From Monocercomonoides exilis PA203 (lineage: Eukaryota > Protista > Preaxostyla), in contig LSRY02000034.1 of assembly GCA_001643675.2 (NCBI GenBank), positions 992,001 through 1,056,000 on the forward strand: a DNA stretch of 64,000 nucleotides, read 5' to 3'. Shown piece after piece: positions 25,500-37,248 of the stretch; within the stretch, counting starts at the first letter, position 1; each line of letters opens with the position of its first letter. The notes beneath the pieces were generated by a model. It ran no database searches. It saw only the letters and a program-made list of their open reading frames with translations, and was not told the origin of the DNA. Made by a program: the position numbers and the translations under genes.

Positions 25500-26358
25500 G
25501 TGAGAGAGAGAGAAATAGTGAGAGAGAGAGAAATAGTGAGAGAGAGAGAGAGAGATAGATAGATAGAGAGAGAGAGGGAGAATAAAAATATGTTTCAAAA
25601 AATGGAAGGGTGTTGATTATTTTGTCATTGCTTCTGAGTAATCAGTATTGAGTGATTAGGGGAATGGAAAATATTCATTGTTAATTCTTCTTCTTCTTCT
25701 TATGCACTTATATTTCCTGAAATTCTGTTTCATTCAATAAATAAATTTCTAATTTAATAAACATTTTTTTTATTCATTTTCTGCAGGGATCACTGGCCAG
25801 CCGCTGAGTGCGTATATCTTCTTTGGGCCACTGTTCTACCAGAAGCTGAAGCACATGGTCTTGGACAAGATGCATGCGCGTTCTCGGGGGCCGAGGGCGA
25901 TGATGACGCGGCAGCCGACTGAAGGGCGGAGCAGAGACGGAGGCCTGCGGCTGGGCGAGATGGAGCGTGATTGTCTTGTCGGTTATGGCGCTGCTCTGCT
26001 GATGATGGAGAGGCTGATGCTTTCGTCTGATGTGTTCCATGTGAGCGTGTGTAATGTATGCAATTTTCTTCTTCTTCTTCTTTTTTTTCTGATTATTGTT
26101 GGATTTATTATTTGTTCATGTGTTTTATTAATAACTTTATTATTTATTTTTTTCAATATTAATTAATTTATTTATTTATTCCCTTTCCATTTTGTTTCTT
26201 AGCGTTGTGGTCTTATCGGTTATAAAGATTGGTGCCAGCACTGCCGCTCAACGCAAAACGTCTTCACAATTCGCATTCCATATGCTTGCAAACTGCTTTT
26301 CCAGGAGCTTCAGTCAATGAATGTTGTGCCTCGTTTAAGCATTGTGGATGAAATGTAG
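22007..26358 (+). CDS. RPC2: RNA polymerase III second-largest subunit; introns 22201-22294, 24299-24478, 25023-25239, 25451-25786, 26056-26202
   Basis: Pol III-type [121 protein letters not shown]. All introns are phase-consistent. Confidence 0.97.
25467..25580. repeat. Intronic (GA)n / (GAGAGAGAGAAATAGT)n repeat
   Basis: Directly visible within RPC2 intron 4. Confidence 0.9.
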
Positions 26359-27151
26359 GAAAATTTACAGAAAAGGAATGGAAATACAAAAATTGCTTTT
26401 ACAGCAGCTCTGGTTTTAATGTTTTTTTTTGTGATTTTGGAGTCACCTTCCTAAAAAGTTACATTTTGAAATGTGTGTATTGGTTATTGTTTCATTTCAC
26501 AAAAGGCTTCAATGTTTGATGTTCAGAAACGTTTTAGTGTGGAGTTCTTTGTTTCACATGCTGCCTTTTGCACTTCATTTTAGAATTATCAATGAATATG
26601 CTTTTCTACAATTTTATAATGGATTGGTTATTGATGATTTGATTGAGATAAATATTCTTGGATATTTCTTTTCTTTTCTTTTCTTTTCTTTTTTTGGAAA
26701 ATTATCATGTGTTCCATTCTTGATGAAAATAAATGATCGTTATCAATATTGTGATTCTCCTGATAAAAAAAGATTGAAGTTAAAAACTTATTTGATGTCT
26801 TTTCTGCGATATCATTTCATTTTATCCTTATATTGTTAAGTGGGGAGATTGAGACCTGTAAAAATAAATGATTTTTAATCTTCTTATTTATTGAGAATGA
26901 AGAATACAAATGTGCATAATGATGGGTTGGTGCACAATAAATAAATGTGCTCTTTGTATTTATTTTTCGGGAAAAAAAGCATTATTAGGTTTTTCTCGTT
27001 TCTTTAATGTGTTTGTTTCTATAATGTGTTGCAATGATGTATTTTGAATTTCCTTTTTTTCAAAAATTTGCAAGACTGAATAAAGGCTATCTCCAAACAA
27101 CTAAGTTGTATTGCGTAATGTGGATAACCGATTAATATTTGTTGAAAATCC

Positions 27152-27177
27152 AAAAAAAAAAAAAAAAAAAAAAAAAA

Positions 27178-27214
<37 letters not shown>
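27152..27214. repeat. Poly(A) followed by (GA)n
   Basis: Directly visible. Confidence 0.9.
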
Positions 27215-28366
27215 CAAATATTTTGATTTCTGAATGACTAAAAGAAAGTTATTTCTTTTCAACTCTGTCGTTTATTATTTTTTTCTCTTTTCATGATCAT
27301 TTTGAATGACAACAAATCAAAAAAAAGGAAAAGGAAAGATTGAAAAGGAAAAATGGACACAAAAGCCAAATCAGAGACAAACAGCTCATGACACAAATGC
27401 ACAAACAGCTGTATTCATCGATTGTTGAAGTATACATCACAAAGAATGTCATCAAGATGGAGCAAAGTTATCTTATGCAAATATAAATTGCTATTTGAAT
27501 TGGAATTGAAATCAGAAAGATGAGGGATTGACATGACGTTTGAGCAGCAGAATTTTTTTTTCCCCTATGCCTCAACGTTTGGCAGATATCGTTGAAGATG
27601 AATGGAGAGCATTCACTCTTTCCAATTGCAGATTGCAACAACACGAAAGAATCCCCCCAAAAAATAACGTACGAAATGGTTGTTTCCCTCCTCATTCCAA
27701 AGAAACTGAAATTTGATTGGACAACTTTCTTTCCTCCAAAACACCATTCTCCCTTTCATATGAAGATAAAAAAACTGGATGATGTAATTCTTTAGTGTCT
27801 AATGGAAAAGTTGTCTTCCTCATTCTTCTCCAAATCTCATTTCAACAGAAATAAAAATGGCCTTGGATGTTCAAATCTTTGAATAACATCAGAAAATATG
27901 AAAATATTTCTTTTGATATTTCACTCTCAATGAAATGAAAATTTTCCATCATTTCCGTTGGAGCTGGATTTCATTCCTTTTCTTCATGACACAAGATAAT
28001 TTTTCTATTGAATCATTCAGGCTTGATCCTCTGAAAACAACAAGGACGTTCTCCATATTCAAGAACTGTTCTTTTCTTTTCTTTTGTTCAGACAATTTGT
28101 GCCGTTTTTCTGAATTTCATTTCTTTTCATCTTTCATAACCCTATGATCCATTGACAAATGAGCTCAAAATGCAACTATTCACAAAATATGTCAAATCTT
28201 CATGAATCATCTGTTTTTGGCTTTTAACTCATTCTTCTTTGCTAAAAAACAAAAAACATCTTCACTTCACTCATTCCGTCTGCAAGATTTCTTTTTCTCT
28301 TTTCTTGAGTGTTTGCAATTGATTCTATTCGATAAAAAGATGTGATTCAAAAAGTTAATGATTTTT

Positions 28367-28402
<36 letters not shown>

Positions 28403-28651
28403 ATATTCTTTAAATAAACTTTAGGTTATGATCAAAAAGCCCAAAATATTTCCATTTCTGGATCTATACAGCCAATCCTTGCGGTTTCTTTGCACTCTTT
28501 TTTGCAATTCTTTTTATATAACAAAAACAAAAAAATTTGTATTGCTATATCTTTCGTTTTGCGAGATAATCAACGATGTTTGCTTTTATCTTTTATTTTG
28601 TTTCTTGTCAAATCTTGCCTTTCTTTTTGAATATTTTTTGGAACAAACAGA

Positions 28652-30095
28652 ATGAGTTTGTTTGATGATGATAATTCTGAAGAAGAAATACTCACTACGG
28701 ACAGAACCGAGCAGTATTCAAGTTTGCAATTTTTTAGGATTGAACAATTTTGATCAAAATTTGTCTTTTTTTTTTATTCCCTTTGCAGAATTATTTCGTA
28801 AACTTAAGCATTGCAGTGAAGATGAACAAAGAAAGAAAATCGGAGAAACGAATGAAATTGTTGATGGAATGAATGAAGAAGAACATAAGTCTGTTTTCAC
28901 AACAAGAATGTTCAAAGAAATTCATAAAATGATTGAAGAAAAGAAAATTGCAATGGAAAATGCCACTTTCCTATTGAAGCACGTTGGGCATTGCAACATC
29001 CGAAAAGGTATACTTATTGACGACTTTAAAGAATCTTCGTTGACAGAAAGATTTGATGAGATGATAATTGATGAAAATGAGAAGGAAAAAGATGAAAAAG
29101 ATGAAAGGCTTCTGATTGATCTTTGTGAATGCTATCTAACTCTTGGTAATAACTTCTCATATGAATTACATTCAATTTGCATCCCCTGTCTTCTCAATGC
29201 TGCATCAAACAAAGAAGAAAACGAGGAAACCCAAAATGAAACTGAAATGGCATTGCTTGCATTGAGCAAAGCTGTGTGTTGTGTTTGAGCATTTCTATTT
29301 CCTTTTTGATGACGCTGTTATTTTCAAATTTCAAATAAGTCTTTAAAGGAAGAACAGTATTTGAAAGAAATTTTAGAAATCATCGAGTATCATCGGGAGC
29401 ATGGAAATTTGACACGGCTTGCCTATCAATCTGCTTGGCAGTTTTTTGTTCACAGGTTTTTCAGATATGAAGACTTGGAAATAGTTATTGTAAATGAACT
29501 GAATTTTGCAAGAGAAGCAGTATGAGAACTGGAAGATCTGTCAAAAAGTGTGGACTGGAAGAGAAAAGAGGAAGAAAATGGAAGAATGGAAGTGTTTATA
29601 ATAAGGAGATGGCTCTTTGTAATTGATCATTACTTTTCCTTCTGCAAAATGTGGAACGAAGGATTTGATGGGCTTATTAGCAGCACTGTTGATGTGTTAC
29701 GAACAGCAAAGAACAATTGCAGAGAAATTTTTGAGGAATATATCTATTCCATAAGCGATGCAGCAGAAATTAGAAATGTGAAAATAGATGACTTGTTGAA
29801 AAGTGGAGCTATTGATCTCTATTTGGAGGAAACGAATCGACAAACTTTGGATGATGAAAATATGCCTTATTGCTTGTATTTCTTTTTGAGCATTTCAGAA
29901 AGATTGAAAGAAAAGGAGGATGATGAAACGGATGAAACAAAACGAAAAGAGTTGAAAAGAAAGATATTTGAAAAGATGGAGGAAGAAGGATGCGAAGATA
30001 TCATAGCTCGCTTTCATAAAATGTTTTATTATCTCAACAGAAAATATAATTACAAATTTTCAATAAATATATCTGATTATTTTGTGAATGTTTAA
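28652..30095 (+). pseudogene. Repeated hypothetical family copy 3 (in-frame TGA at 29523-29525)
   Basis: Exon 1 MSLFDDDNSEEEILTTDRTEQYS, intron 28722-28788, family motifs. Reads AREAV*ELE where a paralogue has AREAARELE. Confidence 0.82.
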
Positions 30096-30977
30096 TCATA
30101 TTCTTTTCAGCAAAAATTGAGATTCCAATAAAACATCTTTTTCATTTTTATTCATTTCACAAAATGACAAAAAAAATTTATTGAATAGTTATTAATTATG
30201 TTTTTGTTTCTTTTTCAAAATTGCTAAATTTTTGAATTTCTTTTCAATGAAATGAAATTTCTGGTGAAGAATTCAGGAGTGTGAAGAAACAAATGTTTGC
30301 TGAAGAAACCAGTCGAAAATATTGAAGGTTCAGAATAAAGAAGCAATAAAATTGATGAAGGAAAAGAAGAATAAAAATCTTATTCAAAAACAGCTTGGCT
30401 GAAGAAGGACATCTTCATTGAATTCTCTTTTTCTTTTGCTCAGAAATCTTCATTAGAAGGTCCTCCAATTTTGTTTCATTGCCCTTCACTTCCATTCCAT
30501 CCATCATCTGAAAGTGACTCAATCCCAATTCATCTGAGTTGTGTGTTGTCTTCTTTGTCGAAACGAATGAAGAAGAAGAAGAAGAAGAAGAAGAAAAGGA
30601 AGATCACAATTGTTGAAATGAAGGCAGATGCTGTGTGAATGTTTGAATGAGTAAGGGAGAGTGTGTGAATGAAGTCGAAGTTAAAGTGGAAGATGAAAAT
30701 GAGAAGAATGAATGAAATGAATGAAGAACACACAATTGAAGTTGAATATTCTTCGTGTTCAACAGAAAATAATGAATAAAAACGAAATCTCTTTTCTTCT
30801 CTTCTCTATTTTCTCCTTTTTTTTTCATTAGCCTTTTCGTCTGCTCATTTACTGTCGCCCTTCTTCTTCTTTCTTCTTCCTTTCTGAGGCAACGATGAAA
30901 TAAATGGAAATGTGTTAAGCATTCGCTTCACAGACTCAAAAGATAACCTGATGAGTATTTTGACAGCCACAAAAATC

Positions 30978-32378
30978 TTAACTTATCTGCCAAACCAGGC
31001 AGAATTTCATGAAAGCAGTCATGATATCTTCGCATCCTTCTTCCTCCATCTTTTCAAATATCTTTCTTTTGATCGCCTTTCTTTTCGCTTCTTCCTTGTC
31101 ATCATCCTTCTTTCCTTTTAATCGCCTTGAAACATTCAAAAAGAAATTCAAGCAGTCAAATGCAACCCCATTATTCAAAGTTGATTGTTTCATTTCTTCA
31201 GAACAAAGATCGATGGCTCCTTCCTTCAACAAGTCTTCAATTTTCACAGTTTTCTTTTCTGCTGATATATATAATAAATGAAGGTAATTAAATTCAATTT
31301 CTTTGTAATTATCTCTTGATGCTTTAAACACCTTAACAAGGCTGCTAATCAGTTGAACAAATTCCTCGTTCCACAATTTGTACGAAAAAATGTAGTTATC
31401 AATTAAATCGAGCCATCTTTTCAAAAGAATCTCTTCTTTCTCTTTTTTTCCTCTTTTTTCTTCATCTTTTTTCTTCCAATTCACACATCTTGTAAGTTCT
31501 TCCAGTTCTCTTGCTGCTTCTCTTGCTAAATGCAGTTCATTCGTAATTACTTCTTCCACATTTTCATACAAAAATCTGTTCATCAAAAACAGCCAAGCAG
31601 ACTGATAGGCAAGCTGAGTGAGGTTACGATGCACTTGATGATGTTGGATTATCTCTTTGATTTCATTGAGGTTAAGTTCTTGTTCAATAAACTAACAAGA
31701 AATAAGAAAATTTACAGCTTCATCAAAAAGGAAATAGAAATGCTCAAACACAACACACAGCTTTGCTCAATGCAAGCAATGCCATTTCAGTTTCATTTTG
31801 GGTTTCCTCGTTTTCTTCTTTGTTTGATGCAGCATTGAGAAGACAGGGGATGCAAATTGAATGTAATTCATATGAGAAGTCATAACCAAGAGTTAGATAG
31901 CATTCGCAAAGATCAATCATAAGCCTTTCATCTTTTTCATCCTTTTTCTTCTCATTTTCATCAATTATCATCTCTCTCATTCTTTTGCTCAATAATGAAT
32001 CACCAAAAGAATATAATGCATTCATTTTCAGCATTTTGCAATATCCAACGTGCTTCAACAACAAGATTGCATTTACCATCAAAAGCTTCTTTTCTTCAAT
32101 CATTTCATCAATATTATCGTACAATTCTTTTGTGAAAACTGATATGAATTCTTCTTCATCCATTTCATCAATCAATCCATTCATCTCCAAAATTTTCTGC
32201 ATTTGTTCATCTTCTCGGCAATTTTCCAGTTCATCGAACAATTCTGCAAAATGCATTCAAAATACAAATATATGTTCAAAACTGTTCAATATTAATATAA
32301 TTGCAAACTCAAAAACTTCGTTGTTGGTGATATATCTTGCAATCCAATTTGAGGCTTATCGCTGGTGCACGCACTCAT
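30978..32378 (-). CDS. Repeated hypothetical family copy 4 (probable 1-nt deletion near the C-terminus)
   Basis: Exon 1 MSACTSDKPQIGLQDISPTTKFL, two introns, family motifs. After KMEEEGCEDI the family-like tail (FHEIL…GYLLSL) continues in another frame. Confidence 0.8.
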
Positions 32379-33586
32379 TCTGCAGGCGGGTGGGAAAATC
32401 GTTTATTTGAGCAGACAGTTTGCAATTAACGAAATAATCAGAAAACAGCAACATGTTTGATGATCTGCAAAATGAAAAGGAAACAAGCGCAATACCTGTT
32501 GCTTTTCTTTGAAAAATTATTGAAATAATAGAATATTCAACAAAGCCTATGATCTTGCCTGTGAAAGCCAGAAAAAGAAAACTTAAGTTTCTTAATGATC
32601 CAACCAACTTTAAATAAAAATGAAGAATTGGATTTTGTTTCGAATTGTTAAATTTTGTTGATTGAGTCAGATTTTTTCTTTTATCGGAGTAGAGAAAACA
32701 AAACACGCAGAAATAGATATTTATGGAAAAAGAATGAAAACAACAGCCAAAATTAAAAAGAAAGACTTTTTCGACAATTTGCACAGTTGAATCAGACTGA
32801 AAACAAGGACAATAAATGTTTGTGTGTTTGATGAATTTCGTTTTATTTTTTTATTTTCTTTTTTTTCAATTTTCAGTTTTCATTCAAGATGACTCATTGG
32901 ATAATTGAATGGAAAAAATAAGACCAAAAATCAAAATGGAATTGTCGATTCAATTGTGAAGTCAGACAAACAGCAAAAGGAAATAGCAAAATGATTTTGA
33001 AGTGAAATGGAAAAAATAATAAAAAAATGAAGCGTTAAACAATGAAAAATAACCAAAAACATAAAGAAGTTCAGTTTATAAACAATGATATAACTCAAAA
33101 CACTCAAAACAAAAAACTCGTGAAAATACGAGCAAGTTTTTGATCTAATAAATAATACAAAAATTACCAGATCTTTTTTCAAAAATTAAAAAAATAAAAA
33201 AATATTCTCAGGAATAGCACATATTTGCATTTTGAAGGTTTCCTGTTATTTATTTTTTTCCAAAAGTGCTCTGGAGAGACAGAAAATTTTTGTTCCGTAA
33301 AAAAAGCGGGATATGATGGGGTCAGTAATTTATCGGGACCTTTATTTTTCCGGTGCCTCAATTTTTAAATAGAAAATTAAAATTCCCACTTTTTATATAT
33401 TTATTAACTTTATCAGTATGTAAGCAAACCCTGAAATTTTGGATAATCACATTTGAATTCGAAGCCTATTTCCAAAGGCGGGGAGATGGGGGATGGTTAG
33501 TCACTTCCACCAAAAAAAATAAATAAATAGGTGGGAAACAAGGTATGCCAAACCATTAAAATTCGTATTAAATGTGAATAAATATT

Positions 33587-33980
33587 GGCAATATTTAAGA
33601 AAGGTGGGCAAAATTGATCTGACCCAGTATAATTATATTTTTAGGGTTAAAATTCAAAAATAATCTCTGTATTAATTGTTTGGTTCAGGTTGTAGGGTTA
33701 GCGTAACAGTTCTTGGGCTTAGGGTTTTGTTCCCGCTCTTCTTTTTAGGGTTTGCGCTCGAAAAAAGTGGTTTATTTTTTGATCAATTTTTAGGGTTAGG
33801 GTTTTGTTATAAATATTTGTGTAAGAAAAGTATAGAAAAATAGAGCACTCTAACCGATCAGCACCAGCGACTTGCTAACAAAATTGCAAGTTGGTGAGTC
33901 GAAGGTTCGAACCCGGAGGGGTGCTCTTTTTTGCCTTTATTTAAATAAAAATTTTTTGCCCACCTTTCTTAAATCATGCC
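33587..33980. mobile_element. 394-bp TIR element (MITE), Merlin-like signature, carrying TTAGGG boxes and a structured Pol III unit
   Basis: TIRs GGCAATATTTAAGAAAGGTGGGCAAAA / GGCATGATTTAAGAAAGGTGGGCAAAA match at 25/27. Left TSD TAAATATT at 33579-33586; the complete right copy is displaced to 37166-37173 by a nested insertion. Confidence 0.88.
33843..33932 (+). ncRNA. Putative ~85-nt Pol III small RNA with a tRNA-like internal promoter
   Basis: Terminal stem GAGCACTC/GGGTGCTC, A-box-like TAACCGATCAG, internal hairpin CACCA-ACTTGC/GCAAGT-TGGTG, B box GGTTCGAACCC at 33904-33914, T6 at 33927-33932. Confidence 0.6.
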
Positions 33981-35309
33981 TAAATTAACCCTGGGTGACG
34001 TGGTGACTTCTGACGTGACATTTTTTATTATTGACGGACGTAACAAAAAATTCCACGACACAAATCAAAACCATAATATCGATTAATTGTTTTAAAATAG
34101 TTAATGTTAAAAATATAATACATTTTATTTAATTTTTAAATCAGAAAAATACAGAAAAATGTTTTTCTCAAATCTTCCATAATTCATTTTTCACTGCCGT
34201 GTAAGCGGTGAACGGAATTTTGACACGTCACTAACGTCAGTGACTCCTGACTCCACTTCAAGTCAGTTTTTCAAAAAAATCAAAAAATGTGGAAGAAGAA
34301 TAAATAAAACAAATCAAATCAAAGAATTCATATGATTACATTTTTGTCAAAGATGCAACCATAAATTTTTGCTTTTCTTTTCATATTGCAACTATTTTGA
34401 TGGAAGAAAAAATCATAACTCCAAAAAATGAAACCCTATAACACCAATTGAAGTTTATCACAATTGCATAAATATTTGAACTGGAATATTTACCAGGTAG
34501 AGATTTATTAAATATTAATCATGAATTAATGTCTTATTCATTGTTAATCGAAATGAGAAAAGCTTCAAAAACCGTTTTTGAAGATCAAACATCTTTCAAG
34601 AATATGCTGAAACTTTAGAAACATTTTGAATCTCCCACTGGATTATTGATGAAAGTTTATTCTGTAAAAGGATTGCCGCAACTGCTTCTTATTCACAATG
34701 GATAACCCAAAAATAAACAAGAAAAAATAAGAGCATATATACACAAAAAAATCTGAATGCTATTAATTGTTGAGGTTTGTGATGTTTTAATTGAATTAAC
34801 CTGTTGTTTGTTTTGACGAGCAATTCGAATTCTCATCAATAATAAAATAATTTCTTCTGCTTTTAAAGAACAAGGTTTTCAATTTTTGTGAACTTTTATT
34901 GCTTCTCGTTTTCTTTAATTTCAAATGGTCAGCAGTTACTCATCATCCGCTTCTCTTGGCTGAAATTGTTTGGAATTCACGGTTAAAGCAAAGTTAATGA
35001 AGAGACCAGATAAATACATAACGACAAGAAGAGGAGGAGATACAGCTCGGAGAAACGAGATAGCAAGATTCTTTCTATTTATTAAAAGAATATTATGTTC
35101 AAACCAGTTATTCACGGTCAATTTTCAAAGAAAAAATGAAAAGAATAAAGGATGTGTCTTTTTTTAATTGTTTTTGTTTATTCGTTCTATCGAAATGAAG
35201 TGCAGTTAATAATTTTGTTCAAGAATAGAATCTGATTTCTGTTTATTTTTTTTCCCCGTGAAATTGTGATAAATGCAATAGTTTTCATGAATAAAAATTT
35301 ATCTTTCTC

Positions 35310-36730
35310 CTTTTTTTGGAATTCACATAATAATCAGAAACCACTAACAACATTTCAGTATAAAAATTTCTGTCAAGAAAATCAAACATTTCACCTTTGC
35401 TTGTTTTGACATCTTCACATCCATCTTCTTCCATCCTTTCGAATGATCGTCATTTCAATCTCTTTCTTTTCGCTTCTTCCATTTCTTCTTTCTCCTCTTC
35501 TTTCAATCTCGTTGTAATAATTTGAAAGAATTCCAAGCTTTCTCATGTGATCCTGCAATTCAATGTTTGCCTCTGAATTTCCTCCTAAACAGCATAAACA
35601 ACTCCTTCTTTCTGAAAAGCACCAATTTTTACAGTCCTGTTTTATGCTTCTCCTTTTAAATATTCGAGGCATCCGCCGAGAAAGTCTGGACAATTTTTCT
35701 TTGATGCTCGATGCACCTGAACAATGCTGTTGATAAGTTCAACGTATTCTTCATTCCAAAATGTGCATGAGTAAAAAAAATCGAAAATTGTTGTTAACCA
35801 TCTCCTTAATATAAACTCTTCTTTCTCTTCTGTTACTCTTTTTTCTTCTTTTCCTCTCCCCCAATCAATACATCTCATCAACTCTTCCAATTCCCTTCTT
35901 GCCTCTCTCCAAAAGTGCAGCTCATTTTCAATCTCTCTCTCCTAGTTTTTGTTATTGCCCAATCTGTGGATCAAAAACGACTAAGCACATTGATAGGCGA
36001 GTAGTGAAAAATTGTGATGCTTCTGATGATATTTAATGATTTCTTTGATTTTTTTCTAAAAATGGTCTTTTTTCATTTCCTTAAAAAAAGTAAATTATAT
36101 CAATTAAATGAAGAAACGACAATTCAAAATTTATCAATAAACAAATCAAACCGAACACATATTAGAATTGCTCAGAGCCAGCAAAGCCATTTCCACCTCA
36201 TTTAATGTTTTCTCGTTTTCCTCTTTCCTCGATACAGCGTTCTGGTGCCATGGCATACAAATCGATTGTATTTCTGAAGAAGTCATAACTTATAAAAAAA
36301 ACAGCATCTACAAAGATTAATCAGCAGTTTTTCGTTCTTTCCTTCTTTCTTATCGTTTTCGTCAATTATCATCCTTTCAAATCTTTTCCTCATATAAATT
36401 TCTGAAAGGCTTGAGTGATTATTCTTTTCAGCTTATTGCAATATCTCAATTGCTCCAACAATAGAAAGATATTCACAATCGATATTATCATTTTTTCGTT
36501 CATCTTTCATATTTTTTCGATGGTTCAGCAGTGAAAATAGAGTAAATATTGAAGATATTCATATCCTTCATTACTTCATTCATTTCTTCGATTTTTGTTT
36601 CTTCCCTTCCTCAATGCAATCACAAGTTTACAAAATAATTCTGACATTCAAAAAAAAAATAAACAAATGCAATTATCATGACTTTTATGCTAAATTAAAA
36701 TTTCGCACCCATGTATTTTTCTGTGTTGTA
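35310..36730 (-). pseudogene. Repeated hypothetical family copy 5, heavily decayed
   Basis: Fragments ELHFWREARRELEELMRCIDW, WNEEYVELINSIVQV, EVEMALLALSN and VSDYYVN, with multiple stops and frameshifts. Confidence 0.8.
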
Positions 36731-37038
36731 CAATTTATATCTTTAAGATAGGAAATAAAATTTAGCATGCATTGCCATTTTGATTTAAAAAGAGAATTTG
36801 CATATTCTTTCACTAAATAAATCATGCCATATTATTAACACAAAAAGCGCAAAAACCATTCCTGTGCCTACACAATTCTTTCGTACACATGCATTTTTTC
36901 ACAACTATTAATGCAAAACATAGTTTCATTTTTTATAAATTTACGTTGTAATGGGATTTTTGTGAAATACAAAATTCTTTTGAAGACGTAGTTTAACATG
37001 CCATAATTAACAAAATATTTTTTCCCAAAAAGAAAAAT

Positions 37039-37039
<1 letters not shown>

Positions 37040-37102
<63 letters not shown>
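37040..37102. repeat. Poly(T) tract of ~63 nt
   Basis: Directly visible, just inside the right end of the 3.2-kb element. Confidence 0.95.
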
Positions 37103-37103
<1 letters not shown>

Positions 37104-37248
37104 AAAGTGGAAAACTGGTGACGGACGTGACGATATTTTTTCTTCACGTCACCCAGGCTTAGGCCTAAATATTTAATTTCAATGAAAATTGAAAATTGAA
37201 ATTAATAAATTAATAGATTGGACTTAAGATCATAACCATAATAAAAAA

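Larger units (their letters stand above)
33986..37161. mobile_element. 3.2-kb non-autonomous TIR element with TGACG subterminal repeats, containing a decayed host-family gene
   Basis: TIR TAACCCTGGGTGACGTG / TAAGCCTGGGTGACGTG matches at 16/17. Flanking duplication (T/G)GCCTAAAT at 33977-33985 and 37162-37170. Confidence 0.8.

Noticed and set aside
3871-29525. TGA reassignment or non-standard code, suggested by in-frame TGAs in copies 1 and 3
   Set aside because: TGA, TAA and TAG all terminate genes here, conserved genes have no internal stops, and other copies carry frameshifts. Ordinary pseudogenisation explains it.
33985-37162. piggyBac assignment (TTAA|CCC end)
   Set aside because: The right end reads GGC|TTAG, and a longer GCCTAAAT duplication explains the junction and restores the MITE TSD.
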